Counted from the stretch's first letter, positions 52,249 through 63,384 are shown. The stretch: 64,000 nt of DNA from a candidate division WOR-3 bacterium (GCA_965649295.1 CBFGKH010000001.1:1-64000), one strand, 5' to 3'. A program made the numbers and translations. Notes: generated from the letters alone by a model not told the origin.

Positions 52249-54488
52249 ATCTACTCCTAACCCTTATCCTTGCCGCCGCCCCGGCTGATACTGGCCGATT
52301 GGTTCTACTCCGAGTTGAGGCCCGCACCGCGACGGCCGACACTGCGCTGATTACTCGCACAAGCGGACTGCTTCCGGGCACAATCTTCACCCCGACTGCC
52401 TTTCGCTCCGAGCTCGAAGCTGCCATCCGTCGTATCTGGGGACTTGGCCTTTTTTCTCAGATACGGGCTGAGACCAGCCGGGTTGCCGACGGTGTCAATC
52501 TGACCTTTGTGCTCGATGAGTATCCCCGGTTGGGCAGCATCAACTTCAACGGCAACCGCCGAGTCCGACAGAAGGACATCGAAAGTAAAGTCAAGGCTCG
52601 CCCCGGTGAGGTTCTCACCGATCGCAAAGTCTTCGACTGGCAGGAAGAAATCCGCAAGCTCTACAAGGAGAAAGGTTTTCTCTCAGTCAACATCGAACCG
52701 GTCAGGTCCGCACCCGATTCAACTAGTAGTGTCCAACTTACCTACAATATTGACGAAGGCGATCCCGTTCGCATCCGCAAGATTGAGTTTTACGGCAACG
52801 ACAGTCTGTCTGACAACTTTCTCGAACGTCAAATGAAAAACCGCGAAAAGCGTTGGTGGCGCAAGGCCCGTTTCAACGAGGACGAGTTCATTCGTGACCT
52901 CGACCGGGTGATTGATGCCTACAAGCAACGCGGCTTTGTGGAGGCCCGGATCGTTGACTACGACATGCAGCTTGATGCCGGCTGGGCCGATATCACGATT
53001 ACCGTTGCCGAAGGCCGGCGCCACTACTTCGGCGACGTCTCTTTCAGCGGTGATTCGGTGATCCCGGCTGAAAGTTTGCGCCGGATTGCAGCCTTTCCCC
53101 GCGGTCGCCCTTACAATGCCAAGAAGACCCAAGAAGCCCTGGCCGCCCTCCATGCCGCCTATTCGGAAATCGGCCACATCTACGCTTCGGTCGTGCCGGT
53201 TGAGCAGGTGCGCCACGACACCATTGATATTGCCTACCAGATTGTTGAAGGCCGACCAGCGCAGGTTCGGCTGGTCCGAATTGAAGGGAACGAGCAAACC
53301 CATGACCGCGTTATCCGCCGAGAGATCTCCTCGCTGCCCGGCTACCCGTTCAAACGTTCCGAAGTCATTCGCTCCCAGCGTGACATCTACAATCTCGGTT
53401 TCTTCGACGATATCACCCTTGACTATCGTCGTGCCGACACCACCGGCGCCATCGATCTCATCTACCGTGTCAAAGAAAAGAGCTTCTTCGGCACGGTCGG
53501 TGCCGGCGTCTCCTACTCAGCAGTGGACAAGCTTACCGGCTACGTTCAACTGCAGCAGCCCAACCTGTTCGGCCGCGGCCAACGGGCCACTGTCCACGTC
53601 GAGAGAGGTGGCAAGAAGACCAATGTTGCCTTGGGCTTTACCGAGCCCTGGCTTTTCGATACTCCCACTTCGGCCGGGGTTGATGTCTCCTACCTGACCC
53701 GTACTTACGACTACTACGAGAAACAGGAACTCGGCGGCGGCTTCTCCTTTTCCCGCCCTTTGCCGCTCGATTTTGCCCGAGCCTCGCTTGGGCTTAGGGT
53801 CCAAGACGCCTATGTTCCCCCTTCCTCAATTAGCCAGAGCTATACGCCGCCGCTTGGCGACTCCGGCCCCTTCAATATCCGTCAGGATACCGTCCACAAG
53901 ACAGCCTTCGTGCCGAGCATCGGTTTCAATCGTGACTCCCGCGACTACATCTACAACGCCTTATCCGGTTCACTTTTCTCCTACTCACTCGATCTCTCGT
54001 TCGGCGACATTCGGTTCCATCGTCACATCCTCGATGTCAGCGCCTACCTGCCACTTTTCTGGAAGTTCGGACTGGTCGGCCGCACGCGACTGGGCTACAT
54101 CACTGGCTTCACCAACCGCGACACCGTACCAATCTACGAACGTTTCACGCCCGGAGGCACTGGACCAGACGGCATCCGCGGCTACGGTGAACGTTCGATT
54201 GGGCCACGCCTCGGCGGCTACAACATCGGCGGCCGCGCGCTAGCGCTCTTCTCGCTTGAGTACAAACTCCGCATTAACCGCCAGCTATCTTTCCTGGTTT
54301 TCGGTGATGCCGGCAACACCTGGCACTCAATAGACAAGCTCAGCCTCTCTGGGCTGCGCCGCGGCGCCGGCATCGGCGTCCGACTGGAGATACCGATGCT
54401 TGGTCTGATCGGCTTTGATTTCGGCTACGGCTTTGACAGAGACAAACCGGGTTGGGAACCCCACTTCCAGCTCGGCCGTACTTTCTAA
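52245..54488 (+). CDS. bamA: Outer membrane protein assembly factor BamA
   Basis: Multiple POTRA repeats, NLFGRGQ, FTEPWLFD, IRGY, terminal F. Confidence 0.9.
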
Positions 54489-55090
54489 GCTGTCCTCACA
54501 ATCCGCGAAAAGAAGTTAGCGAACAGTTGTTCGCCGGCAGGCCCTGATCGCTCCGGATGAAACTGCACGCCATACAACGGCAGTTGCGGGTGCCGCGCCG
54601 CCTCAACCGGACACGAAGACGACCTTGCCCCAATCTCCCAGCCAATACTTTGCAGTGACTCGGGAGTAACAAACTCACGGTGGCTCTCCCGCATCGTCGC
54701 GGCCGGCCTGAGTCCAGTGAAGAGCGGCCAGTCGGCCAGGAACTCTACATGCTCATCAAACTCCAGAAACCGTTCACCACTAACGACTACCGCGCCAAAG
54801 CTACGGCAGAGCAACTGGTGTCCAAAACAGATGCCGAGGGTTGGCAGAGTAATGACCTGACAGAATCCGACCAGCGCTGCTGGGGGCTCAGCTTCCGACA
54901 GCATCCACTGTGACCCGCTCAGAATCACCGCGTCGTATGAGCCAAGGTCAAACTCTGGTCCAACCTCACCAGCTTTGACTGTTATCACCTGAACTGAAAG
55001 ACGACCGGCCAGCTCCAGATAGCGACCAAGCTTCTGCTCGCCATCCCGCAGGTAGCAGTCAACGACCAGCGTTCGTGGTCTAGCCGTCAT
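54485..55090 (-). CDS. Class I glutamine amidotransferase (GMP-synthase GATase-like, stand-alone)
   Basis: ILSGS, LGICFGHQ, GVQFHPE triad; ATG 55090 overlaps the folE2 end. Confidence 0.85.
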   Translation of the reverse strand: MTARPRTLVVDCYLRDGEQKLGRYLELAGRLSVQVITVKAGEVGPEFDLGSYDAVILSGSQWMLSEAEPPAALVGFCQVITLPTLGICFGHQLLCRSFGAVVVSGERFLEFDEHVEFLADWPLFTGLRPAATMRESHREFVTPESLQSIGWEIGARSSSCPVEAARHPQLPLYGVQFHPERSGPAGEQLFANFFSRIVRTA

Positions 55091-55856
55091 CGTCCCAGTG
55101 AGCGATGAACGCATAGACATCATGATTGTGAATTGACTCGTGGCTTTCAACCGCCACCTCAAAACCGGTCACCAATGGGTGCTCGAGTAGCCTGCCAGCT
55201 ACTTTGCGCACCACGTCCTCGACAAACGCCGGATTAGCAAAAGCTCGGCTGGTCAGGTGCTGCTCATCCTCTCGCGCCAGCAGTGAATAGACCTGACTGG
55301 AACCGCAATCCTCAACCAACTCAATCAAGTCCTCAAGCCAGAGAAAGCCACGGAACTCGACCGCCACCTTGATCTCGGCTCGCTGATTGTGGGCCCCAAT
55401 CTCGACCATCTCCTTCGAACAAGGGCAGAGCGTTGCCACCGGCACGGTTACGCCGAGGCGGAGCCGAAAACGCTCACGTTGCTCAACCACTAGCCGACAG
55501 CGATACTCCATCAAACCACGCGCACCTGATATCGGAGCTCGCTTCTCGATGAAATAGGGAAACTCCATCTCCAGATGAGCCGATGCCGCGCCGAGCTCAC
55601 GGCGCATGTCCCGCAGGATTGTTCCGAGCTTATGGATGTCAATCTCCCGATGATAACGGTTAAGAATCTCAACAAACCGTCCCATCTGAGTACCACGGAA
55701 CTCCTTGGGCAGGTCAACAAACATGCTGATGTCAGCCACGGTGTGCTGCCGCCGGTGGGCCTTATCCAGCAACACGACTGGATAGCGAAGACCCTTGACA
55801 CCAACCTTGTCAATCGGGGTCGGAGTCGCGCTCGCTTCGCGGCGGATGTCGTGCAT
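55080..55856 (-). CDS. folE2: GTP cyclohydrolase IB (FolE2) family, with atypical motifs
   Basis: IDKVGV, TLCPCSKE, AHNQR, FVEDVVR, ESIHNH. Confidence 0.82.
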   Translation of the reverse strand: MHDIRREASATPTPIDKVGVKGLRYPVVLLDKAHRRQHTVADISMFVDLPKEFRGTQMGRFVEILNRYHREIDIHKLGTILRDMRRELGAASAHLEMEFPYFIEKRAPISGARGLMEYRCRLVVEQRERFRLRLGVTVPVATLCPCSKEMVEIGAHNQRAEIKVAVEFRGFLWLEDLIELVEDCGSSQVYSLLAREDEQHLTSRAFANPAFVEDVVRKVAGRLLEHPLVTGFEVAVESHESIHNHDVYAFIAHWDDDG

Positions 55857-55860
55857 AGAA

Positions 55861-56592
55861 CTACACCAGGGCGTGGGCCCGGAACGAATAGGACCGCTCG
55901 CCGGCAACGATGACGTGGTCAAACACCGGTATGCCGAGTATTCTGCCAGCCTCGACCAAACGTCGCGTCAATCGCAGGTCCTCATCCGACGGCGTCGGAT
56001 CACCGGATGGATGGTTGTGGGTCACAATGATGGCCGCAGCCTTAGCGCGCACTGCCCGTTCAAAGACCTCACGCGGATGGGCAAGCGTCGAATCAAGACT
56101 GCCGACTGAAATCCGCTGGACATGCTTCAAACGACTCCGAGCATCAAGCGCTAGGGCATAGAAACACTCCTTGCCCGGCTCCCGGGCGAGCTGGTTCACC
56201 ACCCGCACTACTGTCTTGTGGTCCGAAGCATCCGCTCCCAGTAGCTCGGTAACGTCTGGGCCATTTGGCTCAGACCGGGCAGCGCCCATTCGCTGCGCCA
56301 GTTCGAGCGCAGCCTTGATCTGGCATGCCTTGGCGCGCTTCACGCCTGGCACCTCAGTCAGCTCCTCGACCGAAGCCGCGGCCAGCTCAGCAAGGCTCCC
56401 AAACCTGGCGAGCAACTGCTCGGCCAGCGCCGTCGCTGTCATCCCTTTGGCGCCGACACGCAGCAGAATAGCCAGTAGCTCGTGAGTCTTCAGCTCCTGC
56501 GGTCCAAGCAACACCAGCCGTTCCCGTGGCCGCTCGATTTCCGGCAGGTCCTTGATCGTACGAGAAGCAACAGCTCCGCTCTTTCGACTCAC
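55861..56592 (-). CDS. radC: RadC (JAB domain) protein
   Basis: ERPRERL, ELLAILL, HPREVF, HNHPSGDPTPSDED, DHVIV. Confidence 0.93.
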   Translation of the reverse strand: MSRKSGAVASRTIKDLPEIERPRERLVLLGPQELKTHELLAILLRVGAKGMTATALAEQLLARFGSLAELAAASVEELTEVPGVKRAKACQIKAALELAQRMGAARSEPNGPDVTELLGADASDHKTVVRVVNQLAREPGKECFYALALDARSRLKHVQRISVGSLDSTLAHPREVFERAVRAKAAAIIVTHNHPSGDPTPSDEDLRLTRRLVEAGRILGIPVFDHVIVAGERSYSFRAHALV

Positions 56593-56609
56593 ACTATCTC
56601 ACTGGAAGG

Positions 56610-57134
56610 TTACTCGCCCAAACTGAACTCCCAGGCACACCAGCTATCTTCAGGATGTGAGTCAGGCGGGCAGTGCAGGCAGCGAGTACGAATCCGCGGA
56701 TCAATCGTCCTGGCAAACCACTCGTATTCGACCAGTCCAACTGGCTTGCAGGGAAAATCTGGCAGCCCTTTTCGTTTCCGCGCCGACTGCACACGGCAGT
56801 CGCGCATCCGGAAAACGACCCGCCTCTCAGTCTGCTCAATCGTATCCTGGACATTAATGAAGGCATAAAGCCGGAACGAGAGGGCCCTGACCAGCGCTGC
56901 AATCCCACCGCCCGGCTCAATCCTGTGCCGTTCCACTATCCGTTTCGCCTCGATAACGGTGAATCGCCGCCAAGCCTCAATATCAGCTTGGACCGCGGCA
57001 TCCATTCCGTGTGCCTGCTCAACGGCCTGAAACCAAAGTCCATCGTGGGCAAGCCAGTTCTTGGCCGCATCCTCGATGATCCCGATCAGTTCTTCGCGAC
57101 TCAGTCCAACGAACTGTGGATAACGTTCACTCAT
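56610..57134 (-). CDS. Conserved protein, DUF6125-like (Cys-rich C-terminus)
   Basis: NWLAHDGLWFQAVE, CRVQSARKRKGL, CLHCPPD...CAWEF. Confidence 0.7.
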   Translation of the reverse strand: MSERYPQFVGLSREELIGIIEDAAKNWLAHDGLWFQAVEQAHGMDAAVQADIEAWRRFTVIEAKRIVERHRIEPGGGIAALVRALSFRLYAFINVQDTIEQTERRVVFRMRDCRVQSARKRKGLPDFPCKPVGLVEYEWFARTIDPRIRTRCLHCPPDSHPEDSWCAWEFSLGE

Positions 57135-57224
57135 CGCCCTTGATGATAGAATTGTGCCCAGCCGTGTCAAACCCACTCGGCACAACTTGAGTGGTCAGAC
57201 TAGGATGGTATCATCAATCGCGAT

Positions 57225-58541
57225 ATGTCATCCGACTCAGGCAGCGGGCCGCAGCCGCAGCTTTCCTCTGCCCGACCGTTCCCGACCTCTGACTCACAAC
57301 GCTGGGCTCGGATTGTCCTAGCGGGAATCGTAGTTCTGTTAGCGAGCTTCGCCGCCATCCTGCTTCTTTACCGCCCCAAGAGACCAGCTACCGCCAGACC
57401 GCAGTCCGTCCAAAAGAAACCAGTCGTACTTATCGAAACAACTGCTGCCGTCGTTCGGCCCCGCGAGGTACTCGCCACCGTCCTTGGCCGCGCCGGTCTC
57501 AACCCTGGCCACGCGAACCGCATCGCGGTTGCTCTGGACGCAGCCGGCTTCAACTCCCGCTTGATCCAACCCGGCGACTCAGTGCTCGTGATTCATGAAG
57601 ACAGCGTGCCGTGCCGACTTCTCTACCGCCGCAACTATGAGAGTGTCTATCAAGTTGATGTCGAATCAATCGACTGCCGCGTCTCGATGCTTGTGCGCCG
57701 CTTGCGACGCGAACCCTCACTAGTCGCCGGCACGATTCAGAACTCACTCTACGAAGCACTAACCGCCCTTGGCGAACGCCCTGAGCTCGTCTTTGACTAT
57801 GCCGATATCTTTGGCTGGGAGATAGACTTCTTCACCGAATGTCAACCCGGCGACTCGTTTCTCATCGTCGTCGAACGCAAGTATGCCGACACTACCTTTG
57901 TCGGCTACGGCCCGATTCTCGCCGCCCGTTACACCGGTCAGGTCGGCACGTTCAACGCCTGGCACTTCACCGACGGCGACAACCGCACCGACTACTACAA
58001 TGATGAAGGTCAGTCATTACGCAAGACCTTTCTCAAGTCACCGCTTCGCTTCTCCCGAGTTTCATCGTTCTTCGGCCGACGCCGCCACCCGATCTTGCGC
58101 CGGGTGCGGATGCACCATGGCGTTGACTATGTTGCACCTAAAGGAACGCCAGTTGACTGCGTGGCCGACGGCCGGGTCATTGCCGCTGGCTGGTCTGGCG
58201 GTTATGGACGACTAGTCGCAGTCGCCCATGCCAACGGCTACGAGACCCGCTACGGTCATCTCAGTGCCTTTGCTCGCGGTATCCGCGTTGGAACAACAGT
58301 AACCCAAGGCCAAACGATTGGCTACGTCGGCTCTAGCGGTCTATCCACTGGCCCGCATCTCCATTACGAAATAAGAAAGAACGGCCGCCCAACCAACCCG
58401 CTGCGGCTAGACCCGCCCCGGGCTGCGCCGGTCAATCCCTCCTACGAGCAACAATTCTTCGCTCACCGTGACTCACTGCGCCAGCTCATTGTGACGCTTT
58501 CGGCGCAGCCGCAGCCACCACCAACCCCAGCACTGCCTTAG
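57225..58541 (+). CDS. M23 family peptidoglycan DD-endopeptidase (MepM-like)
   Basis: N-terminal TM; HHGVDY, YGHL, STGPHLHYE. Confidence 0.92.
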   Translation: MSSDSGSGPQPQLSSARPFPTSDSQRWARIVLAGIVVLLASFAAILLLYRPKRPATARPQSVQKKPVVLIETTAAVVRPREVLATVLGRAGLNPGHANRIAVALDAAGFNSRLIQPGDSVLVIHEDSVPCRLLYRRNYESVYQVDVESIDCRVSMLVRRLRREPSLVAGTIQNSLYEALTALGERPELVFDYADIFGWEIDFFTECQPGDSFLIVVERKYADTTFVGYGPILAARYTGQVGTFNAWHFTDGDNRTDYYNDEGQSLRKTFLKSPLRFSRVSSFFGRRRHPILRRVRMHHGVDYVAPKGTPVDCVADGRVIAAGWSGGYGRLVAVAHANGYETRYGHLSAFARGIRVGTTVTQGQTIGYVGSSGLSTGPHLHYEIRKNGRPTNPLRLDPPRAAPVNPSYEQQFFAHRDSLRQLIVTLSAQPQPPPTPALP

Positions 58542-59223
58542 CCCCGGCCTGCAGTAGTGGCCGGGCCGCTGCATCGAGTGTCGCGCCGCTGGTACAGACA
58601 TCATCAACCAGTATCACGCTGCGACCGGTCACGACCGCCTCCGGTTTTAGCCTAAACGCACCCGCCAGATTCTGATATCGCGCCTTGGCATCGGGTCGGC
58701 CCGTCTGGGTCGGGGTGTTTCTGACCCTCTCAAGCGGCTGCTCAAAGGAGATCCCGGTTCTTAATGCCACAACCGCGGCTAACAGCTCGGACTGATTGTA
58801 GCCGCGTTCCCGCAAGCGGGCAGAATGCAGCGGCACAGCTACAACCGAGTCAGCCGTCCGGTAGTCAGGATCCTGCTCCACCAGGGCACCCAGGGCACTG
58901 CCTAAAAGCATGGCCAACCTGGTCTTACCATCATACTTCAATGCTTGAACAAGGTTGTGGAACGGGGCGGCATAGCAGCCTAGCGCTCGAACCCGCCGCA
59001 GAGCAAGCGGCCGGGAACAAAGCCCACAACCAGCGGCAGGCAACAGACAGGGCCGTCCGCACGCTGGACAGACGGCCAGCTCGCTGGTGTGCAAAAGCAG
59101 CCGGCAGGCATCGCACACCAGCCCAGCCTCAATTTCCGCATCACAACCACAGCAGAGCGGCGGATAGACAAAGTCGAGGAGTGAACCGAGTAAGAACCGA
59201 AGGCTACTGGCGAGAGCGGACAT
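58486..59223 (-). CDS. comF: ComF family protein (double zinc ribbon + phosphoribosyltransferase)
   Basis: CCGC/CDAC/CPAC/CGLC, RGYNQS, LVDDVCTSGAT. Confidence 0.88.
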   Translation of the reverse strand: MSALASSLRFLLGSLLDFVYPPLCCGCDAEIEAGLVCDACRLLLHTSELAVCPACGRPCLLPAAGCGLCSRPLALRRVRALGCYAAPFHNLVQALKYDGKTRLAMLLGSALGALVEQDPDYRTADSVVAVPLHSARLRERGYNQSELLAAVVALRTGISFEQPLERVRNTPTQTGRPDAKARYQNLAGAFRLKPEAVVTGRSVILVDDVCTSGATLDAAARPLLQAGAKAVLGLVVAAAAPKASQ

Positions 59224-60001
59224 CGGCCGGCAGCGACCCGGCAGCCATCCGGTTGAACACTACAATCAGCACGATGCCGACAACCGTCAGTGACAACGCA
59301 ACAATTTGATTGCCCCAGAAGTTCGACGCATTTTCGTAATGCCGTACAAAATCAATGCCGAACCGAAACAGTGAATAGATAACGAGCATTATGCCAGTCA
59401 GGACACCTGGTTTCAGCTTGCGCCGTTCCAGAAGAAGAGCGATGCCAAACATTAGAAACCCGGCTGCCGAAGAGTAGAGCTGCGTTGGATGAATCGTCTG
59501 CTGCGGATAGGTCGCACCAGCCGGCGACGTCATCGGAAACACTACCCCGGTGAAACAACTTGTCGGCTTGCCGAAGCAGCAACCGTTCAGGAAACAGCCA
59601 ATCCGCGTGAACCCTTCACCGAGCAGAATTGCCGGCATGATGGCATCAAGCAGTGGCCGCACCGGTAGCTTGTTGCGCCAAACAAAAATGATCCCGGCAA
59701 GAATACCGCCCAGAAACCCGCCATAGAACATCAGTCCGGCCAGACCACCGCGCCAAAAGGCAATGATGCCGATCAAGTCGTTCTCAAACTCGCTCCAATG
59801 GAATGCGACATAGAAAAGCCGCGACCCCACCACAACCGCAATTAGAATCCAAAGGGCCAGGTCAGTAATCTTCTTCGGTTCGACACCGAACCGCTTGGCC
59901 CGGCGCTCGACCAGCGCAATGCCGAGGATGAACGAAATGAAGAGCATCACGCCGTATGAATAGACGTGCATATTGCCGAGCTTCAGTAATGTTGGGAACA
60001 T
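59204..60001 (-). CDS. lgt: Prolipoprotein diacylglyceryl transferase
   Basis: GSRLFYV, MFYGG, RIGCFLNGCCFG, HPTQLY, RFGIDFVR. Confidence 0.93.
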   Translation of the reverse strand: MFPTLLKLGNMHVYSYGVMLFISFILGIALVERRAKRFGVEPKKITDLALWILIAVVVGSRLFYVAFHWSEFENDLIGIIAFWRGGLAGLMFYGGFLGGILAGIIFVWRNKLPVRPLLDAIMPAILLGEGFTRIGCFLNGCCFGKPTSCFTGVVFPMTSPAGATYPQQTIHPTQLYSSAAGFLMFGIALLLERRKLKPGVLTGIMLVIYSLFRFGIDFVRHYENASNFWGNQIVALSLTVVGIVLIVVFNRMAAGSLPADVRSRQ

Positions 60002-60124
60002 CAGGTTATCGTAAAGGCTGAGCTGCCGGAGTCAAGCCACACCGCCTGCCAGCAACACAGATACTGGTGGCCGGTTAGTACTGCCAGTGGCACCCGCCTT
60101 CTGCCAACTTGACATCGGCACAGT

Positions 60125-61192
60125 CTAGAACCTGGCCGTTCCGAACGGCGCTGGTACGATTGTCAGCACTAGCAGGACCAGCCCGATGACAGCCAATAAC
60201 CAGTCAGTACGGGACAGCGGCGTGATATCATCGAGCGGCGGCGGATGTCGCAGTCCGAAAAAGAGACTAAGCAACGTCCAGAATGGCCAGCCCATCCAAA
60301 ACAATCCGCCCACAAACAATAGACCGATGACGACCAGGCTCAGCCTGGTCCAGCGCCTCCCGAACACTGCATAGGCGACATGCCCGCCATCAAGCTGACC
60401 GACCGGCAACAGATTGAGACCCGTCACAAACAATCCCAGCCAACCGGCAAAAGCCAGCGGGTGAAGTAGCACATCCTGACCTGGTCCAAGATTCGGATGC
60501 AGCAACTTGGATGCTACCCAGAACACAAGTGAGGACCCGAGTTGAATTCCCGGCGTGCTGCCGACTGAGACCGGCGTTGACAGAGCCAGGCCGATAACAG
60601 TGACCGGCAGCGCCACGAGAAAGCCCACCAGCGGTCCAGCCACTCCCACCCGCACCAGCGCGCCGCGACTCGGCACCGGCGAAGTCATTCGGATGAAGGC
60701 ACCCATCGTGCCGGTCAACGGATGCGGCACCGGCAAGAAATATGGCAGTGAGGCATCAACTCCATGCCGTCGCGCTGTCAGGTAGTGGGCCAACTCGTGT
60801 GAACCGAGTATCAGCAGGATGCCAGCAGAGAAAGGTAGGCCCAACAGTAGGTCAAGGGGCTGGCGGAACGGGTTGCCACCACGATTGACTGCTCCGACGA
60901 AAAGAGTCGTCAGGATCGTTGCCAGAAACAGTAGAACATTCACCCAGACCTTTGGTCTTCGCCGTTCCCAACGCCGACCGTAGAGAATGATGTGCTCGTC
61001 GCCGGATCGCTCAAAGTAAACCAAGTAACCAGAATCAGCAAGAAGTCGGCGCAGCCCAATGATACTCTCTGACACTGGTTCTCTTAGTCTGCCAGTTATG
61101 CGATTGCCTTGGACGGCAGTCACGTCCATATACCTGTTTATTTTCTCAAGAGCAGGATCAGAATAATCGTTGGCCACCGGCTGATCAGTCAT
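60125..61192 (-). CDS. Site-2 protease (peptidase M50)
   Basis: HELAH, AGPLVG, NLLPVGQLDGGH; start moved to ATG 61192. Confidence 0.9.
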   Translation of the reverse strand: MTDQPVANDYSDPALEKINRYMDVTAVQGNRITGRLREPVSESIIGLRRLLADSGYLVYFERSGDEHIILYGRRWERRRPKVWVNVLLFLATILTTLFVGAVNRGGNPFRQPLDLLLGLPFSAGILLILGSHELAHYLTARRHGVDASLPYFLPVPHPLTGTMGAFIRMTSPVPSRGALVRVGVAGPLVGFLVALPVTVIGLALSTPVSVGSTPGIQLGSSLVFWVASKLLHPNLGPGQDVLLHPLAFAGWLGLFVTGLNLLPVGQLDGGHVAYAVFGRRWTRLSLVVIGLLFVGGLFWMGWPFWTLLSLFFGLRHPPPLDDITPLSRTDWLLAVIGLVLLVLTIVPAPFGTARF

Positions 61193-61229
61193 TTCTGTTA
61201 GACGCGACCGAGCGCAGTTTGGCTCCAAA

Positions 61230-62273
61230 CTAACAAATGCGCGGCAGCTGCTCTCCTTCAAGCATCAGCAGCGGCCGCAGTGACCCGAGTTCGGTAGCGA
61301 GCCATACGCCCTGACGCTCAGCCGTGACTTCACCGATTACCGCTGCCCTACGGCCATACCGATGCCGCCGCAATTCCTGAACCACCTTATCAGCAACGCT
61401 CGCCTTGCAGACCAACACCGCCTTGCCTTCGTTAGCCATATACAGCGGGTCAAGCCCAAGCAGACGGGCAACTCCTCGCACCTCCTTGGCAATCGGAATC
61501 GCCTCCTCCCAGACGACAAAGCCAAGTCCGGTCTGCTGTGCAAACTCACAGAGTGTCGTCGCCAGTCCGCCACGCGTCGGGTCACGCGCCAACCGGACCT
61601 CGTACTTCTTCAGCACCGACAGCAACATCTCGGCAAGCGGCGCGCAGTCGCTCCTCACCCTTGCTCGAAACCGATAGTTGCCACGCGCCAGCCCAACTGC
61701 CGCCTCGTGCTCGCCGATACCGCCGGTCAGAATCACTCTGTCACCCGACCGCACCTGCTCGGCTCCCAGCCGCACACCGGCCACCTGCTCACCGATTCCG
61801 GTCACATTGATGTAAAGCCCTTCGTCGCCGCCGCGCTCGATGACTTTGGTGTCACCAGTTACCACTGTCGCACCGACCAGCCGCGCAGTCCTGCCCAGCG
61901 ACCGACAGACCCGTTCGAGCTCACCAATCGCCAGTCCTTCGCGCAACACGAACCCGACTGCCAGGAATCGTGCGCGCGCACCCATCACCGCCAAGTCATT
62001 CACCGTTCCACAGACTGCTAGTTTTCCAATATCACCACCCGGGAAGAATAGCGGCTGGACTACATACGAATCGGTCGAAATGGCAATCGCTCCTGTTCGA
62101 AGTCGTACCCTAGCCGCATCTTCCATTCGCCGCAGTGCCGGCGAGCCAAAGTGCTTCTGAAACACCTGGGCAATCAGCCGGTGCATCTTTCTGCCACCAG
62201 CCCCATGTCCTAGGACAATCCGGTCATCCCTGATTTCACCGACAACAACCGACTGCCAGCTAGTTCCGCTCAT
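61230..62273 (-). CDS. hypE: Hydrogenase maturation carbamoyl dehydratase HypE
   Basis: HGAGG, FPGGDIGKLAVCGTVND, RDPTRGG, ANEGK, terminal LPRIC. Confidence 0.95.
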   Translation of the reverse strand: MSGTSWQSVVVGEIRDDRIVLGHGAGGRKMHRLIAQVFQKHFGSPALRRMEDAARVRLRTGAIAISTDSYVVQPLFFPGGDIGKLAVCGTVNDLAVMGARARFLAVGFVLREGLAIGELERVCRSLGRTARLVGATVVTGDTKVIERGGDEGLYINVTGIGEQVAGVRLGAEQVRSGDRVILTGGIGEHEAAVGLARGNYRFRARVRSDCAPLAEMLLSVLKKYEVRLARDPTRGGLATTLCEFAQQTGLGFVVWEEAIPIAKEVRGVARLLGLDPLYMANEGKAVLVCKASVADKVVQELRRHRYGRRAAVIGEVTAERQGVWLATELGSLRPLLMLEGEQLPRIC

Positions 62274-63351
62274 ACTTGTAGTACGCTGCACAGGCACCTT
62301 CCGATGATACCATGCACGGACCAAACGGCCGTTCCGGGGTGCAGCGACGCGCAAAGAGACCACAGTCGGTTGGCAGCAGCCTCCCTAGCATCACCTCACC
62401 GCACCGACAGCTGCTCTTCTTTGGTCGGACAGGCCTGACATCAAACCGCTGCCACGCATCGAACTCTGCAAACTCCGCCCGTAAACGCAGTCCCGAATCA
62501 GGAATCGTGCCGATACCACGCCACGACGCAGCACATGGTTCAAACACCTGTGCCATCAACTGGCGAGCAACCTGATTGCCCTCGACACGCACGCTGCGGC
62601 GATACTGCACCGCCACCTCTGGCCCGCTCTGCAACTGTTCAAGCAGTGACAGTATGGCCTGCAGCACATCCAGCGCCTCAAACCCTGCCACGCAACTCGG
62701 CATTCGGTACCTCTCTACAAGAAACCGATAGGGTTCAGAACCAATGATTGTCGAGACATGCCCCGGCAGAATGAATCCATCAATCCGACTTCCTTCATTT
62801 GCAGCAATGTAGTCCAGTGCCGGCGGAATCAACTTGAACATCGTCAGCACCGTGAAGTTGCGCAGACCGGCTTCTTTGGCTGAAACCAGTGCTGCCGCCA
62901 CGGTCGGAATCGTTGTCTCAAAACCGACACCGAGAAAAACAAACTCACCCGGCTCAGCCTTGGCCATTCGGACAGCATCAAGTGGTGAATAGACAACACG
63001 GACATCCGCACCCGCGGCCCGGGCAGTTTCGAGCGAACCACCACTACCCGGCACTCGCAACATATCACCGAAAGTGACAACCTTCACCCCTTCCCTTCTG
63101 GCTAAGCTGACACAGGCGTCAATCTCCTCCTGCGCTGTCACACAAACCGGACATCCTGGTCCGGAAAGCAGCCGCAGCCGATCATCAACTGCCCGCCGGA
63201 TGCCAGAGCTTGATATCGCCATCGTGTGGGTTCCACAAACCTCCATTAGATTGATCTCCGCTCGCTCGCGACATAGTTCGGCAACGATTTGGTTGATGCG
63301 ACGAAGCAAAGCCCTGGCCACCACCGATTCTGAAGCGCTCTGCTTCTTCAT
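62260..63351 (-). CDS. hypD: Hydrogenase maturation protein HypD
   Basis: MEVCGTH, GPGCPVC, GFETT, PGHVS, CMVSSEGAC. Confidence 0.96.
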   Translation of the reverse strand: MKKQSASESVVARALLRRINQIVAELCRERAEINLMEVCGTHTMAISSSGIRRAVDDRLRLLSGPGCPVCVTAQEEIDACVSLARREGVKVVTFGDMLRVPGSGGSLETARAAGADVRVVYSPLDAVRMAKAEPGEFVFLGVGFETTIPTVAAALVSAKEAGLRNFTVLTMFKLIPPALDYIAANEGSRIDGFILPGHVSTIIGSEPYRFLVERYRMPSCVAGFEALDVLQAILSLLEQLQSGPEVAVQYRRSVRVEGNQVARQLMAQVFEPCAASWRGIGTIPDSGLRLRAEFAEFDAWQRFDVRPVRPKKSSCRCGEVMLGRLLPTDCGLFARRCTPERPFGPCMVSSEGACAAYYKYERN

Positions 63352-63356
63352 AGCTG

Positions 63357-63384
63357 ATTATAGTTGCGGTCTACTCACGGTCAA
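63357..63384 (-). promoter_or_regulatory. sigma70 promoter of hypDE (leaderless)
   Basis: TTGACC-16 bp-TATAAT; ATG 5 nt downstream. Confidence 0.75.
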
